A DNA stretch of 64,000 nt from Callorhinchus milii. Taxonomy: Eukaryota. Position 1 is the first letter of the stretch. Every line of letters starts with the position of its first letter. The position numbers and the translations under genes were made by a program. Below are positions 36,339 to 50,748 of the stretch, piece by piece. Under the pieces are notes generated by a model that did not search any database, was not told the DNA's origin, and saw nothing but the letters and a program-made list of their open reading frames with translations. The DNA lies in assembly GCF_018977255.1 (NCBI RefSeq), contig NW_024704742.1:31870001-31934000 (forward strand). The letters run 5' to 3'.

Positions 36339-37579
36339 GGTGCAGGGTCACACTTGACTATTCAATGCCATAAGCTGAACCGTAACTTATCTGTGTGGTG
36401 GGATGTGACTCTTCACCAAAGAACAACCACACAGCAACTTTCTGATCACTCCTATGGCACCAGGAAGGAGGAATCACTCCCCAGAGAGAGGAATGGTCAA
36501 CTCAATTGGCTATATATGCAATGTTAGAGATCGTGCCTGTACCCTCAGGCATAGGATGCTTTTCTGCCTGAGGAGACAAGAGACCAAAGGAAATAGAGAA
36601 CAAAAAGCCATGAAGCCTTTGTTCTCAAAACGACTGTTCTTTTTTAAATGAGAGTTATGTCTAGCAGCATAATATAATGAACACTTCTACCCATGAGGCT
36701 GGCATGACCCAATCACAATTTTCATACTGAAGAATATTTCAGTTATTCTTCATTATTTGCTGAAGATACTGTATTAATTTGTTGAATGAAATCAGACACT
36801 GCAGCTCTTTTCTGCTGTGTCAGGGCATTTTCTTTTAGATAAAAACAAAGTTACAGGTTATCAATAGCTTATTATACCTATAATATAGTTTATTATAATT
36901 AAGAAATAAATACAGTATCTCCAGTCCTTTGGATGAAATGTTAAACTGATGTCCCATCTGCCTGTTGAAGCAATTGTTGAAGATCCCATGACACAATTTG
37001 TAAAGAGGAAGGAATTTCTCCCAAGTATGCTGGCCAACACATATAGAATTGACCATTCACTTCATGGCTCTCAGTGGAAGTTTGCTGCGTGCAAATTGGC
37101 TGCCCAGATTGCCCACAAATACACAGTCACTTCACTTTACAACAATCACGTTTGAAGCACTTTCAGACACTTTCTATGCTGTGGGTACTATTTCAAATGC
37201 AATTATTATTATTAATAATAAATGACAAATAAAAGAACTATAAATGTTTTAGGAATCTCATTTATATCAAACCAAAATTAATCATCTTCTGAATCCATTT
37301 GAATTCTTTTTTCCACTGGGTTATGTAGTGTAGAAATTCCATCTCATTTATTTTATTTATGTAAATATTTTAGAGTGCCCAGACTTTGTCAAATTTTCGA
37401 ATTCAGTTTTAACTTGAAACAAGTTTTTCTACAGTTTTTAAAAGGACTTAAAGAAACCCGGTTTCAAAATTAAGGCGTATTTAAGAAATTTACTAAATTT
37501 GGGATTCTCTAATTTGTTACATAAATAAGTAAATGCCGACTCAAGGTGAAATTTCTCTCTTTGGTTCCACAGGTACTGG

Positions 37580-37880
37580 AAGATGGGTCAGTAACCAGAG
37601 GACATAGATTTAAGATAATTGGCAAAATAACCTACGGGGAGATGAAGAGAAATGTGTTTATGCTGCGAGTTGTTATGATCTGGAATTCACTGTCTGAAAC
37701 CGTGGTGGAAGCAAATTCAATAACTTTCAAAAGGAAATTGGATTTTTACTCAAAAGAAAAAAAAGCTAGGCTACGGGGAAAGAGTGGGGAAGTGGGATTA
37801 GTTGGTACCTCTTCCAAGAGCACAGACACGATGGGCCAAATGGTCTCCTTCTGTGCTGTAAAATTCTTTGATTCTATATT
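37580..37880 (+). mobile_element. CR1 LINE 3' end
   Basis: SVTRGHRFKI...RVVMIWNSL.ETVVEA. Confidence 0.88.
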
Positions 37881-40800
37881 TGCCCTTGTGTACTTACACA
37901 GACTGTACAGCACAGAAACAGACCACTCAGCCTATCTAGACTGTGCTGGTATTTATACTTCACATCAATCTCCATCCATTCCTCATCCCTCCCATACCCT
38001 TCTATTCCCCTCTCCCGCATGTGAAGGTCTAGTTACCTCTTGATTGTATCTACCCTATCTGATTCAACCAATGTATTCATGTCTGAACCTTGAGAGTGAC
38101 TCTTTACCAAACTCAGGGGCACTGAGGCTACTTGTAGGCTTTGAGCTGCTGCCTTCCCTGAGATCAGCTAAAATTCAGATCAACAAGGATTCAGATGTGG
38201 ACCTCCTGGCTTGTAATATTGTGACACTGTGCTGGGCTAAGGGCAAGTCATTGGAAGAGCCCTTTACTTGATGGCTGGTTGGTGCCCTTGGCCCATGGCC
38301 GAGCAAAAGGAAAAAGGAGCCAGTAGAGAGGAAGACATGATGGGAAAAACAACAAAAATAGACAGTTATTGCAGCTCCAGGATCAACTGTTGTATAGACT
38401 AGCCAATACACCACAACAAACATCCTAGTCCAGCGACAGTGACAATATCTAAATAGGCGCCTGTTTCTCATTATGCTGGGTTGGAAATGGGACAATGGAA
38501 ATTGTAGTGCAATGAAGTAACCGGGGCACACTGCAGTTACTGTCTTATTCCTCAGCATTCATGACTCTTGTAGTCTAGACTCCGCACATTATAATTATGA
38601 GTCACATCAATTGTCACTGTATGTGTGGAACGATCTTCAGCAGCCAGAGGTGAGCTATGGAAAGTGACAACCAATGGCTCAGTTGCACTAGGTTTGGCAT
38701 TGAGTGTTTGTTTGCTCGAAACATCCTTATTTACGATTTGTCAATTCTCTTATGGTGGCATTTAAATCATGTCCTAAGAGGGAGTGCCAGTATGTACTAC
38801 AACAGACTTTAATTCTGATCTCGGGACACTCTCTTTCATTCATGCAAGACTCAAATGAAAGCCATAGTGGGGACCTCATTTTTTTGTTTAAAATTAGTGC
38901 AATGCCAAAGTGCGTCTCAGTCTGTTTGCATGTTTCCAGTCCAGTCATACCATGTTGGTAATTCAAACAATACCATTGGGCGCTCTTTGCTTGAACATGC
39001 CGTGTCATGTCTGCTTAACAGATGCCACAGTAGATCCTACTCACAGTTAGCCGTTAATGACTGTGGCTCACACTATTGTGTCTCTAGATTATTGGCCTCG
39101 GTGACTTCCTCTCACATGTACTTCCATTTTTTGAATCTACATGGAGTACTTGATATAAAGAGGCAGACTCACGCAAGAATTTCATGATTAAAACAAGAAT
39201 GAGAAGCTACCACAAGCTGATCCTGGTTCCCTCAGGCCGCAGAGCCTTCCTTCATCTCCTTCAGCTCCTCCTCTCCTTCCCGTCCCCTTTGACTGCGAGT
39301 CTATATCACATCTCACTGTCTGGTTATCTAACATCAAAGTTGCTGGTTCAGATACATAAGATTGTCCACCATTGAAAATATCAGGGTCACATTTATCTTG
39401 TCAATAGCCAAAATGCCATTTGCTCATGATCCTTCAGTAAAATAACGTCCATACTTTCTTGCATCCCATAGTGTCTTAATGACGTGCTATTACCAAGATT
39501 ATAATATTTTTATATACAGTATTTCTATTGTCTCTTCTTGATATTTCAATGTTCTTGTTGATTTAGTATCTAGGTACCAGTTTGGGGCAGCTATTAGCAC
39601 TCCTGCCTCTGGGGCTGAAGGTTGGGGGTTCAAGCACCATGTTGTGACTTTGAGCTCTTAGTCTAGGCTGACAGGATTGATTCAAGGCCAAAGAAACAGC
39701 AACAATAATTTGCATTTGTATAAAGCTCTTCACGCCGGATTGTATCTCAGAGCACTGCACAGTGGTGGGGTTGGATACCAGGCACAGGAGAAGGGAGAGG
39801 GGCAGATGACCATAGGCACGGTTGAAAGGGTCAGTCCGAAAGAAAGATTTCTCCTATTGGGCAATTAATCATTTGTGGCACATACCATGTACACTTGATA
39901 TGATTCATGTTGCTTCAAAAGTAATATTGATAACTCGCTCTCTGTGCCACGCAAGAATTTATATTGTCACAGTTTCAGACTGGTACGTGTTGGCAGTATA
40001 AATAGGGTTTCAATAAACTAGGTTCCTTCCTGTCTCCTTGCAAACAATTCCAGATGAAAATGATTTTCATTTTCAAGATCAACCTTCTAGATGCTCCAGC
40101 AGCACAACCCAGTATAAAGAGACATCAGGAGCCAGGGTAGGCCACAGCCACAGACCACAGCGAGTTCACATCCATGTCAGGTGGCTGCCATGGTCAACAA
40201 CAACTAGCATTTATATAGCGCCCCACACGTAGGGTAGCATCCCAGATCGCTTGATCTTGTCCCACGATAAATGAATGAAAGGAAGTTAGCGTCTGTCTCT
40301 AAAGACCAGGCATTGAAGTGATATCCAGTAAGAACATAATAATATTACACAATATTACGTGAAGTGGATTCAAAACAAGACATTAAACTCAAAATTCAAC
40401 AGGAGTTTTCGCCATGCTGTGGGAAACATTCACTTCTTGTCTGGCTCCACAGTAGTAACAATGAGCTCAGAATTATACAATTATACACTTCCTTGAATTA
40501 CACCCTTTTATTAAATAGGATATCCTCACCCCTTCTCTCTCTCTCTCTCTAGACCCTCCCCCTCCCCCCCGCAATAGTTAATAGAAAAATCCCTGGAAGC
40601 TAAACAGATCTTCAAAGCATCCCAGATGAGGAAGCCTGGGAATGTGTCTGGAACAAAGCCCAATCCACTTCAACCTGAAACCAATTAAAGAGATACAATT
40701 TAAGCCGCTACATGGATTTTATTACATACCACATTTTTAAACAAGATGTCTGGTTCAATGTTAGCTCAGCGTGACAAATTCACAGGCGACAGCCACACAT

Positions 40801-43800
40801 ACACAGATGACTTATAGACACAGTTGATAATCCATATCTGCGCAGTATTCTGAATTGTGGGGATAAGGAATGGATGGATAGGCCATGGAGATGAAACAAA
40901 TCATATTTTTTAACATTTTATACAGCACAGAGAACGTGCATAGCCTGGAAAAAGATGCAGCATTTTTTTTATGTGCAAGTTTCTATTGTTAAATGACACT
41001 TATTGTGAATAAAAATGCAAGGCTCATCTTAAGTTAAAGTGTTAACATGAGAATAGGAGAGAGCATGGAATGATTGAAACCATCATTGGTCATTGGTAAA
41101 TGTAGCTCAATAAGCCACACATTTTTGGATATTTTTCCCCAATCGTATTTGGTCAGCTTTGTTGAACGCATCTTCATTATTGACTGGAAACCTTCAGTGA
41201 ATGGCCAGCTATCACATTAAGCTTTCTTCAGCTTTAAATTCTTAGAACTCACTGTTGGAAGTACCAATGTAGTTAAAAGAAAACCTGATTTTGAAAGCCC
41301 TGCGGTCTCAACATACAATTCGTTTAACTTTGTTTTGTTTCAGGACACTGGAACTAGTACATCAAATGGAGCCCAGCAAAATCATATGGACCCTAAGCTG
41401 TTGCAATTTCACACCCTGGGACATTGCTGTGAAATGCAACATTTTGGACATTACCAGATGGGTGAGAGGTCTTTATCTAACATGAATATTGCTGACCACC
41501 ATAAGCTGGTCTATAGCCATCTTTTGATCCTTCCTAAGCAATGGAGTTATAGTCGTCACCATCCAATCCGTAGGAATCTCTTGTGAATACACTGAATGTT
41601 TCAAAACGTCATTTGAATTTGTATTCATTTTAGCCCATGGATCAATGGAAGATCTGATTATGTGTCTGAGCAAAATGTAAGCTGCTTCTTTTTGCTTTTA
41701 AAAGTACCTAACCTTCTAATAACCTTTTCCGTCATTACCTGTGCACTGCCTACCTCCTCATCTGTCAACCCTTGAAACCTGATGCTTTGGCTCAGGCAAA
41801 TCTCCACCTTCTTCCTCTCTAAAGACAGATGCAAAGTATCTGTTTAACAACACAGGCATTTCCTTATCCTCCGGTTTCAGTTTAAGTGGATCATCTCCAC
41901 CTACCTCCTCTGAAATACACTCGGGCTTGTGGATGGAACAGGACTTGCCAAGGGGGAACCCTAAAGAGACCTGAATCATTGCTCACTGAGTCCGAATTGT
42001 AATGCAACAAGAAACATGACAAATAGGATTCTGGGCTACATTTCCCAATCAATTGAATTCAGATCCTCAGAAATCATGCTTTAGAGTTCTCTAGTCAACA
42101 ACATTTGCATTTTATCTTCAACGTCCTCCTGAACAGGCAAACTGAATGTCAGCTTAACATTTCATTCAAAGGATGGAACTTTTGACAATGCTGTGTGCTC
42201 AAAGTCCCTATGTAAGGCTTGAACCCACACCCTACTGACTCAGATATGAGCGTGTATCAACTGAACCAGGCTGCCACCTGCACTAAAATCTTCAGTGCTT
42301 TAATAATAAACTATATATTTCAAATATTTACTGGAACAGATTAGCTTCTGTGTTTGTCTATATACAGTATTATTCATTTTCATTTCTGATCAATTGTATT
42401 TTGTAAAGTGCTTCAAGCAGTTTAATTTACATGAAAGGTACTATATAAATTCGTTTTTTTACTACTTTCAGAGGCAGCAGAACAAAACTTCTCAGGTTCT
42501 GGGTTGTAAAGGGCAATTTAAGATTGACAATTTCTCAAACAACATTTACAAGAAACTTTGTGTGAAACAGGAGAATTTATTTATTATTATTAATAATAAT
42601 CCTTGCATTTGATATAGCATCTTTCATGTGACCTCAAAGCACTTCACGGGATTTACTGTACAGTGTAGTAACTATTTTTTAAAAAATAGCAGCTAATATG
42701 TGCACAGCAATGATCCACAAACAACCATGAAGTGAATGACCAATTCTTTTTTTATTTGGGTGATTTGTGAAGGCCAATTTCAATTACTGTATACGGGCTA
42801 TATAGTCCACTGAATATTTTTAAATGCTGTGTTCTTATTTAAGATTGTGCTTTGTTAATGTATGTTAGTGGCTTAGAGTTGATATTAAAAATGAAAGTCA
42901 ATCCTGATGTTTACTTTATTGTTGTATTACTAATTTATAATGGTGTAAGTTTTGCAAATTTTGTGGAAGCAATGGAAGTTTCTTATTGCCTGCTTTATGT
43001 AAGCTAGATTTTCATATGGGACGGAACAGTGTAGACAACGCAGTCAATGAAGGTCAAATTACAACCCATTTGTTGTGTAGGTTGACACTCTTGCAGTCTA
43101 TCCAGTGACCTGCTGTTCACAACACAGCCTCCTCTTCTGTAAACAATTGGAATCCAGTCTCAGGTACATCCTGAGACGTTTGTATGTGCCTGAGAGCAGC
43201 TGCAGGAGACTGGGACTCTTCAGTCCTCCGGCTTGCCTATCACTAATTGTGTAACTCTCACTCTAGCTTGAAAGAGCCAGGGGCAATTGAGATACCCCAC
43301 AAAGAAGATATATGGTTTCTGTTGGTCTCTACAGAAACGTGAGACGTCTCTGACCAACTCTGCTTCGTTTTAAAATTTGGTCATTACATAACCTTAACTG
43401 TCTACATGATGGTATAATGCCTTTGAAAAGGATCTGCTGAATGTGAGCACATTACACCTTCAAAGACACACCGTGTATTTGTTTCTGCTGTCCCAACATC
43501 TTTAAGAGAGAGGGAGAGAGTATCCCTTTCCACCAGTCTTCCTGGACTGTAATTTAAAACTCTTTTGGGGAAAAAAAGATTTAAAATAATCTATTGGGGG
43601 TGGGGGGGAGAGGGAAGATGTTCAGGACTACTTCGTTTTTGACTTTTAAAACTTATTTTGATTCCTCCAATTTGCTACTGTGGCTAGGCAGGAAAGAAAA
43701 CAAGAGTTGTAAATGTACCTCACGTTCAAAGGCTAACAATATGTGGCAGCCCTTTGTTTAAAGGGGCTTTCTTAGCAATGCAGTTGCAATTTGAGAAATA

Positions 43801-44350
43801 AAATACTGAAAGCTGCAGTTTTAAAGTGAGCGTAAGTGAACTATCGACCTCCAGCAGATGTGGTGGACGGGCAGCGAAAGACAAGACAATTTAGCTCCCT
43901 AAACCTTGACCTGTGTAGGATTAAAGGGACAAACACATATGTGCAATGCTTTGATGCTGGGGTTCTGTCCAACAATTGCCAAACATGGGCATGAACAATC
44001 AAGGAGAAGTGCAGCCCTGTTAACCAGCGGTTCCTCTCTTGAGTTTGTAATGTTCTGGTGCTAAGGTAAACATTAAAAAGATGAGCACAGTTACTCCTTT
44101 TGAAAAGATAAGTACTGGCTGGGCAGCTTTCCAATTAGATCTTTGAAAATTTCAGTAAGGATAGCAAGAAATAAAATCATCAAATGCTGAACTCTACCAC
44201 ATACCAGATGAAGGTTACAAAATGTCTTAAGAAGAGATACACGCATTGCTGGACATGTTTGGTTAGATTGAAATTAATAAATAATTACTGCACTTGCATT
44301 CTTTCCTATTAAAATTTAAATCTGAGTGTATTCTAGTTTTGCTTGCTGCT

Positions 44351-44590
44351 ATAATAATAACAATCCTTCCATTTGATACTGTGTCTTATCACGTTGTTGA
44401 GATGTCTCAAAGCGCTTCACAGAATATATCGTAAAGTGGATTGACTGTGTTGAGGGTAAAATGCAGTAGCCAATTGTTCACAGCAAATAGTCATGGATTG
44501 AATGACCCAATTTTTTTTTGGAGTGGTTATTACTCCCGGATTGCGATTCGCCAGTCGACTAACACCCGGGTTACTACTTATTGCTATTAA
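44351..44590 (-). mobile_element. SINE, long form, partial
   Basis: Reverse-complement family tail and body. Confidence 0.8.
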
Positions 44591-45404
44591 CTATTATTCT
44601 AGGCAGTGTCACAGAGTGGAGGCCTGGAGGGAGTGGATCCAAGCATCACATACTCAAGATCTTATCAGTCGTACTAAGGGGTTTCCCCACGGCTGGGAGA
44701 TAGTCTCTTCTGGGTCAGTTCTACCTGCCTCTTTATTCATGGCTTAGAATAACATTGGCAATGGCCTGGCAGCATGTGTGAGATTTGCATGTCTCACATA
44801 GGATCTGCAAGGGGAGCGACCAAGAAAGAAGGAGGCAGCTGTTCTTTTTACAAAGTGAAATATCCTCGGCTTACACCATTAAACATGTTGGGACATCCTC
44901 CCGACGTGAAAGGTGCTTTACCAATGTAATTTTGTATTGTATTTAATTGTATTTTGTATTGTATTAAAGCAACAACAACAACAAATTACATTTGTATAGC
45001 ACATTCGTCCTCCCTTCCTAGTTTTTGTTCCTGCTAATTACTCTCTCCTGAAGGTATCAGCTCCATGGTATCAGCAGCTGTATAGTATCTTTAGAAAGCT
45101 GCCTTTGTTTTTGTGCGCTACTGGAGAGGTGAGAGGCCGGGGTCTTTGTGATCTTAGGAGCACGACAACCTAGCCTGATCCTGTCCCCTCTCCCTGAGAG
45201 CTACAGTAATGTATGAGACAGTAAACCGGGGCCCTGTTTGCCTGTTCAGGTGGACTTTAAGGATTTGGAGACTCCAGCACCATTCTCTGTGATGCCGTTT
45301 GTGAAGCCAAGCTCACAGCAATGCACTTAATAATTCAGAGATGGTACAGCTCAGAAACAAACCATTTGGCCTATTCTAGTCTGACTGGTGTCTAACTCCA
45401 CACA

Positions 45405-45788
45405 TGATAATAATGATAATAATAATAATTCTTGCATTTGATATAGTGCCTTATCACATTATTGAGACGTTTCAAAGCGCTTCACAGAGTATACTGTAAA
45501 GTGAATTGACTGTATATTTTGAGGCTGAAATGTGGCAGGCAATTGCATACAGTAAAGTCCCATAAACAGTCATGGATTGAGTGACCAAATTATTATGGTT
45601 CTTTTAGGGATTTTTACCGCCAGTTAGCGATCTGCCAATCGACTCACAACTGGGTTCCTTCTTACTGCTGGGTAAACAGAGGTGTGTGGAGTAAGGAAAC
45701 TTGCCTAAGGTTTCACCATTCTCGAAAACCGAACCCAGGTCTTCTCACTTGCGAGGCGAGTGCTCCAACCAATACGTTACAGGACTCC
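45405..45788 (-). mobile_element. SINE, long form, full length
   Basis: Runs from (AAT)n to GGACTCC. Confidence 0.9.
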
Positions 45789-46714
45789 AGGATGATGCTT
45801 GAGTGTCAGTTCACGCTGGACTCTTGAGGTGAATTGTTGCCAAAATCTCAGCCATTGGCAGCCAGGCTTATAGTATAAGCACAATACCAGGAATCTGGTC
45901 TCTTGTCTGCTGAGGAACGGATTGAGAATGCTGCAGTGAATTTCACTCGGGATGCCTGACATTCTCCAGATGGAGGAGACTTCAAACCTAGCTGTCTGGA
46001 GTGATCCAGACCAGACAATTCCCTAGAAATTAATTCTCAATTTTTATATTGCTCAAATGTGCACTCCGAACGTTTAATTTTAAAAAAATGCATATAAATA
46101 AAAAGACCCATTGCTCCTTTCCAGCTGTCAACACTACAACCCGAGAAATCAAACCAGAGTTGCATAAGTGTCTCTTGGGGTGTTGTTGCCAAATGGTCAC
46201 AGCCACAAAATGGAAATCAACCAGGAAATCATCCCGCTAAGAATGATTGATGACGTATTTCTTGAAAGGACAGACACATTTAGGTTCAAGGTGCCTGAAC
46301 TGGACTAAAATTCCAATCTATGTAAATAATTTGAGTTTTCCTGAATTCCCATTCCCGAATCACTTTGGAGCTCAGTTGATGGAAGGGGTGTTGTGAGTTT
46401 GACATTCTTCCCCCATCCAAATTCCAGTTCCTTTTCAAAAACAATTTTTGGTCAGCCTGACATTGTCTGACATATGATGAAGAGCATCCAAACAAAACAG
46501 AGTTTCACATATGTATGCCACCTACGCAGAAAAATTTCCCTGTGTTTGTATTGGAAAGCACCCTCTCTCCCTGGAGGGATGACATCTGCTTGCCTAATTC
46601 AAAAAGTATTAGGCACAGGTTGGTGAGAGCCAAGGCTTGGGGAATATTAGGCGTGTGCATTGGGGTACTGCTGGCGTTTAACCTTAAAACTACAGTGCAC
46701 TTTCTGGCAAGCTT

Positions 46715-47076
46715 ATAATAAATAATCCTATTTAATACAGAGCCTTATCACGTCTTCAAGATGTCTCAAAGTGCTTCACAGAATATACTGTAAAGTGAAT
46801 TTTATGAGCGAAACGTGGCAGCCAATTCCACACAGCAGTGTCCCGCAAACAGTCGTGGATTGAAGTGACCAATTTATTATTATTATTATTTTTGAAGAAA
46901 TTATTACCCCCGGAAAAGCGATCCGCCAATCGACTAGCAATCAGGTTGCAACTTACTGCTAGATAAACAGGGCCATGTGGAGTAAGGAAACTTGCCAAAT
47001 GTTTTGCCCACCAGGAATCAAAACCAGGTCTCTCGCGTGCGAGGCTAGTGCTTTAACCACTGAGCTAGAGGACTCC
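46715..47076 (-). mobile_element. SINE, long form, full length, with AGCTT target-site duplication
   Basis: AGCTT at 46710-46714 and 47077-47081. Confidence 0.9.
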
Positions 47077-48954
47077 AGCTTCCCAGTGTTTGTCCAGCTA
47101 GGACCACCCTAAGGAAGAATCCCTTTCTCGTAGTGATGTGTCTGCCCCTCCAACTCCTACTGATGATCCAGGATGGTTGGTTTGTCACCAGCAGTGCTCT
47201 GGAGTACACAGACTGGCCTGGCTCAGCAACTGAATGATTGAGCCTACCTCAATTCCTCCATTTTTTTACCAAGCATGTCACCTTAGAGCATCCCAAGGAG
47301 ACCCTCACTCCATCTCTCCCCTCCCAATCACTGGAGGATAAACCTAACACAACCCACACTAATGCATTTTATCTTTCATGAAGGATGAATGTACTTAAGT
47401 GTGAAAGGGGTAGGCACCAGTTTGTGAGGGTAACATGATCTCGGGTGTTTTTAAGAAGGAGGTGTTAATGACAGATTCTGAAAGGGGGGTGGGGGGTGGG
47501 GTGGGGGGTGGCCTACAATTCTGAAGTATAGTGAAAGTTGATGCCAGCATGAGTGAGAGGTGGTAGTTTAATAATCAGGAGAATTGTTGTAGGTTATCAC
47601 AAAATAAGCAGTTTAAATTTATTCTAATATTCCTCCATTTCATATTATTTCTTATCCTCGCTTAAGCCTTCCACGAAGCCATATACCACTGAAGCAGCCA
47701 TGCAACTTGCCTTCACTTTTACTTCACTCCCATTACTGATAATTGACTTTTCTCATTCTATCAAGCATTAGATCACAACATTTCCTTCAAATATTTATTC
47801 TTTCAAAGTTTGGACTTTAGCTGACACTCCAGTGCAGTCTAAATGTGCAGGTGGCACTATTCAAAAAGAGAAGGGAGTTTCACCTGGTGTACTGACCAAC
47901 AATCCCAAAATGAATCTGGATTGGTCATTGACTTCATGGCTGTTTGTGGGATATTGCAATGCGCAAATTGACTGCTGCCTTCACCTACAAAATATATAAT
48001 CACTGCACTTTACTGTAAATCATGTTTGAGACACCCTCCCGAGGTAGAAGGGGCTGTATCAAACACAAGGATTATTAATTTTTAATATTATTATCATCAA
48101 CAAGAGTAAACCAGGACTGCTCAAGCTTGTCTGGTGTACTGTACTGATAATCAACACTGTTACTATTTAAATGTGTCCTAATGGTGAGCCGCTCTCTTTT
48201 AAAGCGGCAAAATAACAGTCATGTAAAAGGCATTCATATCAAAATTCAACAGTTGTACAATGAGGAATCTCTTTGTATCACTCCATGCAATTAGAATACA
48301 CAATGTGCTCCACTTGATGACAGGCACTGGACTGGCTCACTCCCACGACCACTGAAAGCAGAACAATTGAAGTACTTTACCTTGCGTTAACCCCATGTAA
48401 TCTCTGGGTTCTGCAAATTCAAAATGTTGAATACTACCAGACTAAATTAAATAAACGCTTGAAACTCATGCAATATTTCCATGCTCGGTCCATTTTCAAG
48501 AGCAAATGTATTTTGTGTTAAAAAAAATTGTGTTGTATTTTTTTTCAAGGAATAACAAGCAAAGATTTGATCATAAACAGATGACTTTCCAAACTAATAC
48601 AATTTTACCACCTTAGTATTTATTTCCAGTGACGTTAGTTTACATTGGAACGTGAGAGAGAGGCATAAACAGTAGTTTGTGCACAGGCCCATCTGTGGTG
48701 AATTTTAAACACATTTTAAACTTTAATTTTAAACTTGCAACTATAGGTGAAAATATTAGGTATGCAAAATTATTTTTCTGATCTGTACTGGAAAACAGAT
48801 GCTTCATGATTAAGAGCATATGGGTAATCTCCAAGTAGAATCGTTCCAATGCATACCTTCTAATAATAATCCTTGCATTTGATATTTCTAGTTCTTCAAT
48901 CACTATTGCACAGAGTATATGGTACATCTTGCTACAGTATAGAGGAGCGGATGG

Positions 48955-49160
48955 GGGCGGGGAGAGAAAAAGAGAGAGAGAGAGAGAGGGAAGGGAAGAG
49001 AGAGAAGGAAGAGAAAGAGAGAAGGAAGAGAGCGAGCAAAGGGAAAAGAGGTGTGGGGGGGGAAAGGCGGAAGAAAAGAGAGTGGGGATAGGAAGCGGGA
49101 GATGGGTGGGGGTGGGGGGGGGGGAGTGGGGGGAGGTGGGGGGAAGGAGGAGAGGGACCT
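48955..49160. repeat. GA/G-rich low-complexity polypurine tract
   Basis: Directly visible. Confidence 0.9.
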
Positions 49161-50039
49161 TCCTCTTTGACTGCACTTTCCACCATCTTCCCCCCCCCCT
49201 TCCCCACCTCTGACTACGATAACGGCCGCATGAGACAAGATGAGCGATTCCCATTCCATTGCACTGTAAAAATAATACTCCTTAAACTTGATAGAGAGCC
49301 TTTGCACATCAGGAAGATGACTTCATTAGAACAGCTTGCTCCCCTGCACATTTTGTCCACACTTTCTTTCTCATTCTCCATTTCTCATTCTAACATTAAT
49401 TTCATCATACCTGCCATAACCTTGACCATTCTGAATGTTTTCCTTAACTTGGTTTCTCCTGGAGGTGAGAGCAAAAAGATGAGTTTTAAGTGCTCCAAGA
49501 CTCTACCATGTGTGAAGGGCACTATATGAATAGAAGTTGTTGTTGTTTTCATTGACAAAAAATATAGTTTTAAAGGTTTGTTTTATTAATGGTATTAATT
49601 AACAGTCGGTGGGGCAGCAACTAGAGGGCATCAATTTCAGATAATTAACAAATTAATAAATGGGGATATTAGGAGAATATTTTTTTCAGACAGAATAGTT
49701 AGGATATGTAATGGCCTGCCAGGATTGATGGCGGAGGCAGAAGGGAACTAGCTAGATGTCTAAATAGGAGAAAGGACGGGAAAGGATTAATAGTAATCCT
49801 TGCATTTGGTATAATGCCTTTCATGTCGCAAGGATGTCCCAAAGTGGTTCACAGGAATTTTTGTAAAGCGTAGTGAGTGTAGTTTGGTGGTGGAATGCCT
49901 TTGAAAGAGCCGTCACAGCCAAGAGGGGCCAAATGGTCTTCTTTGGTGCTATAAACTTCTATGGGTGAAGTCCAGCCTGGAAATTTGACTCAGTGACATT
50001 TCAACAATAATTTGAACTAATACCGTGACCTTTCAAGTC

Positions 50040-50748
50040 AAGAGAACCTCTCACATGGCACTTTACGAAAACTGAGTGGGCGCCTGAGCTGGGAAGGATA
50101 CAAGGGAGGTGGCTGAAAGCATAGTCAAAGAAATAGAGATAGGTTTCTAGACAAGTTTTGAAAGCCAAGGAAGGGGAGGGGGGAGAGACAGAGGGATTTG
50201 GGAAAAGAGTTCCAGAGGGTGAGAGTAAAGTGGCTGCAAATTCACTGGGCAATTATGGGTAGGCAGTGAGAGGTGGCATGAAGCAGGTCAGAGCCGGTAG
50301 AGGAGAAAGAATGGCTGGGGCTCTGGGGTCCCGGGAGATCACTGAGGCAATGAGGGTCAAGGCCTTGCTGGTATTTGAAGGCAAGGATGAGGATCCTGAA
50401 GTTGATCCGCTGGGCAATAGGTAGCCAGTGAAGCCAGGCGAGGACGGGTGTGATGAGCTTGCAAGGCAAGAAAAGTTTGGAGGTGACAAAAGGATGGAGG
50501 AGGGTTTCAGCTGCATTAGGGGTGAGGTAGTAACAGAGGTAAGCGATGTTGCGGAGATGGAGAAAATTGGAATTGATCAGAACCGGATGAAAGGTTTGAA
50601 GGAGAGTTGCCGAAGTCTCTGTGGGTTGGAGTGAACAGCTGGTGAGGTAGATATGTTCAATGCCAGCAGAGAGGAAATGCTGATGGGAGCTGAGCAGGAA
50701 AGCCTCAGTTTTGTCAACATTGAGTTGGAGAAAGTTAAGGTTCATCCA
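50040..50748 (-). mobile_element. L2 LINE remnant
   Basis: MNLNFLQLNVDKTE...HLRNIA...ITPVLAWLHWLPIAQRINFRIL. Confidence 0.92.
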
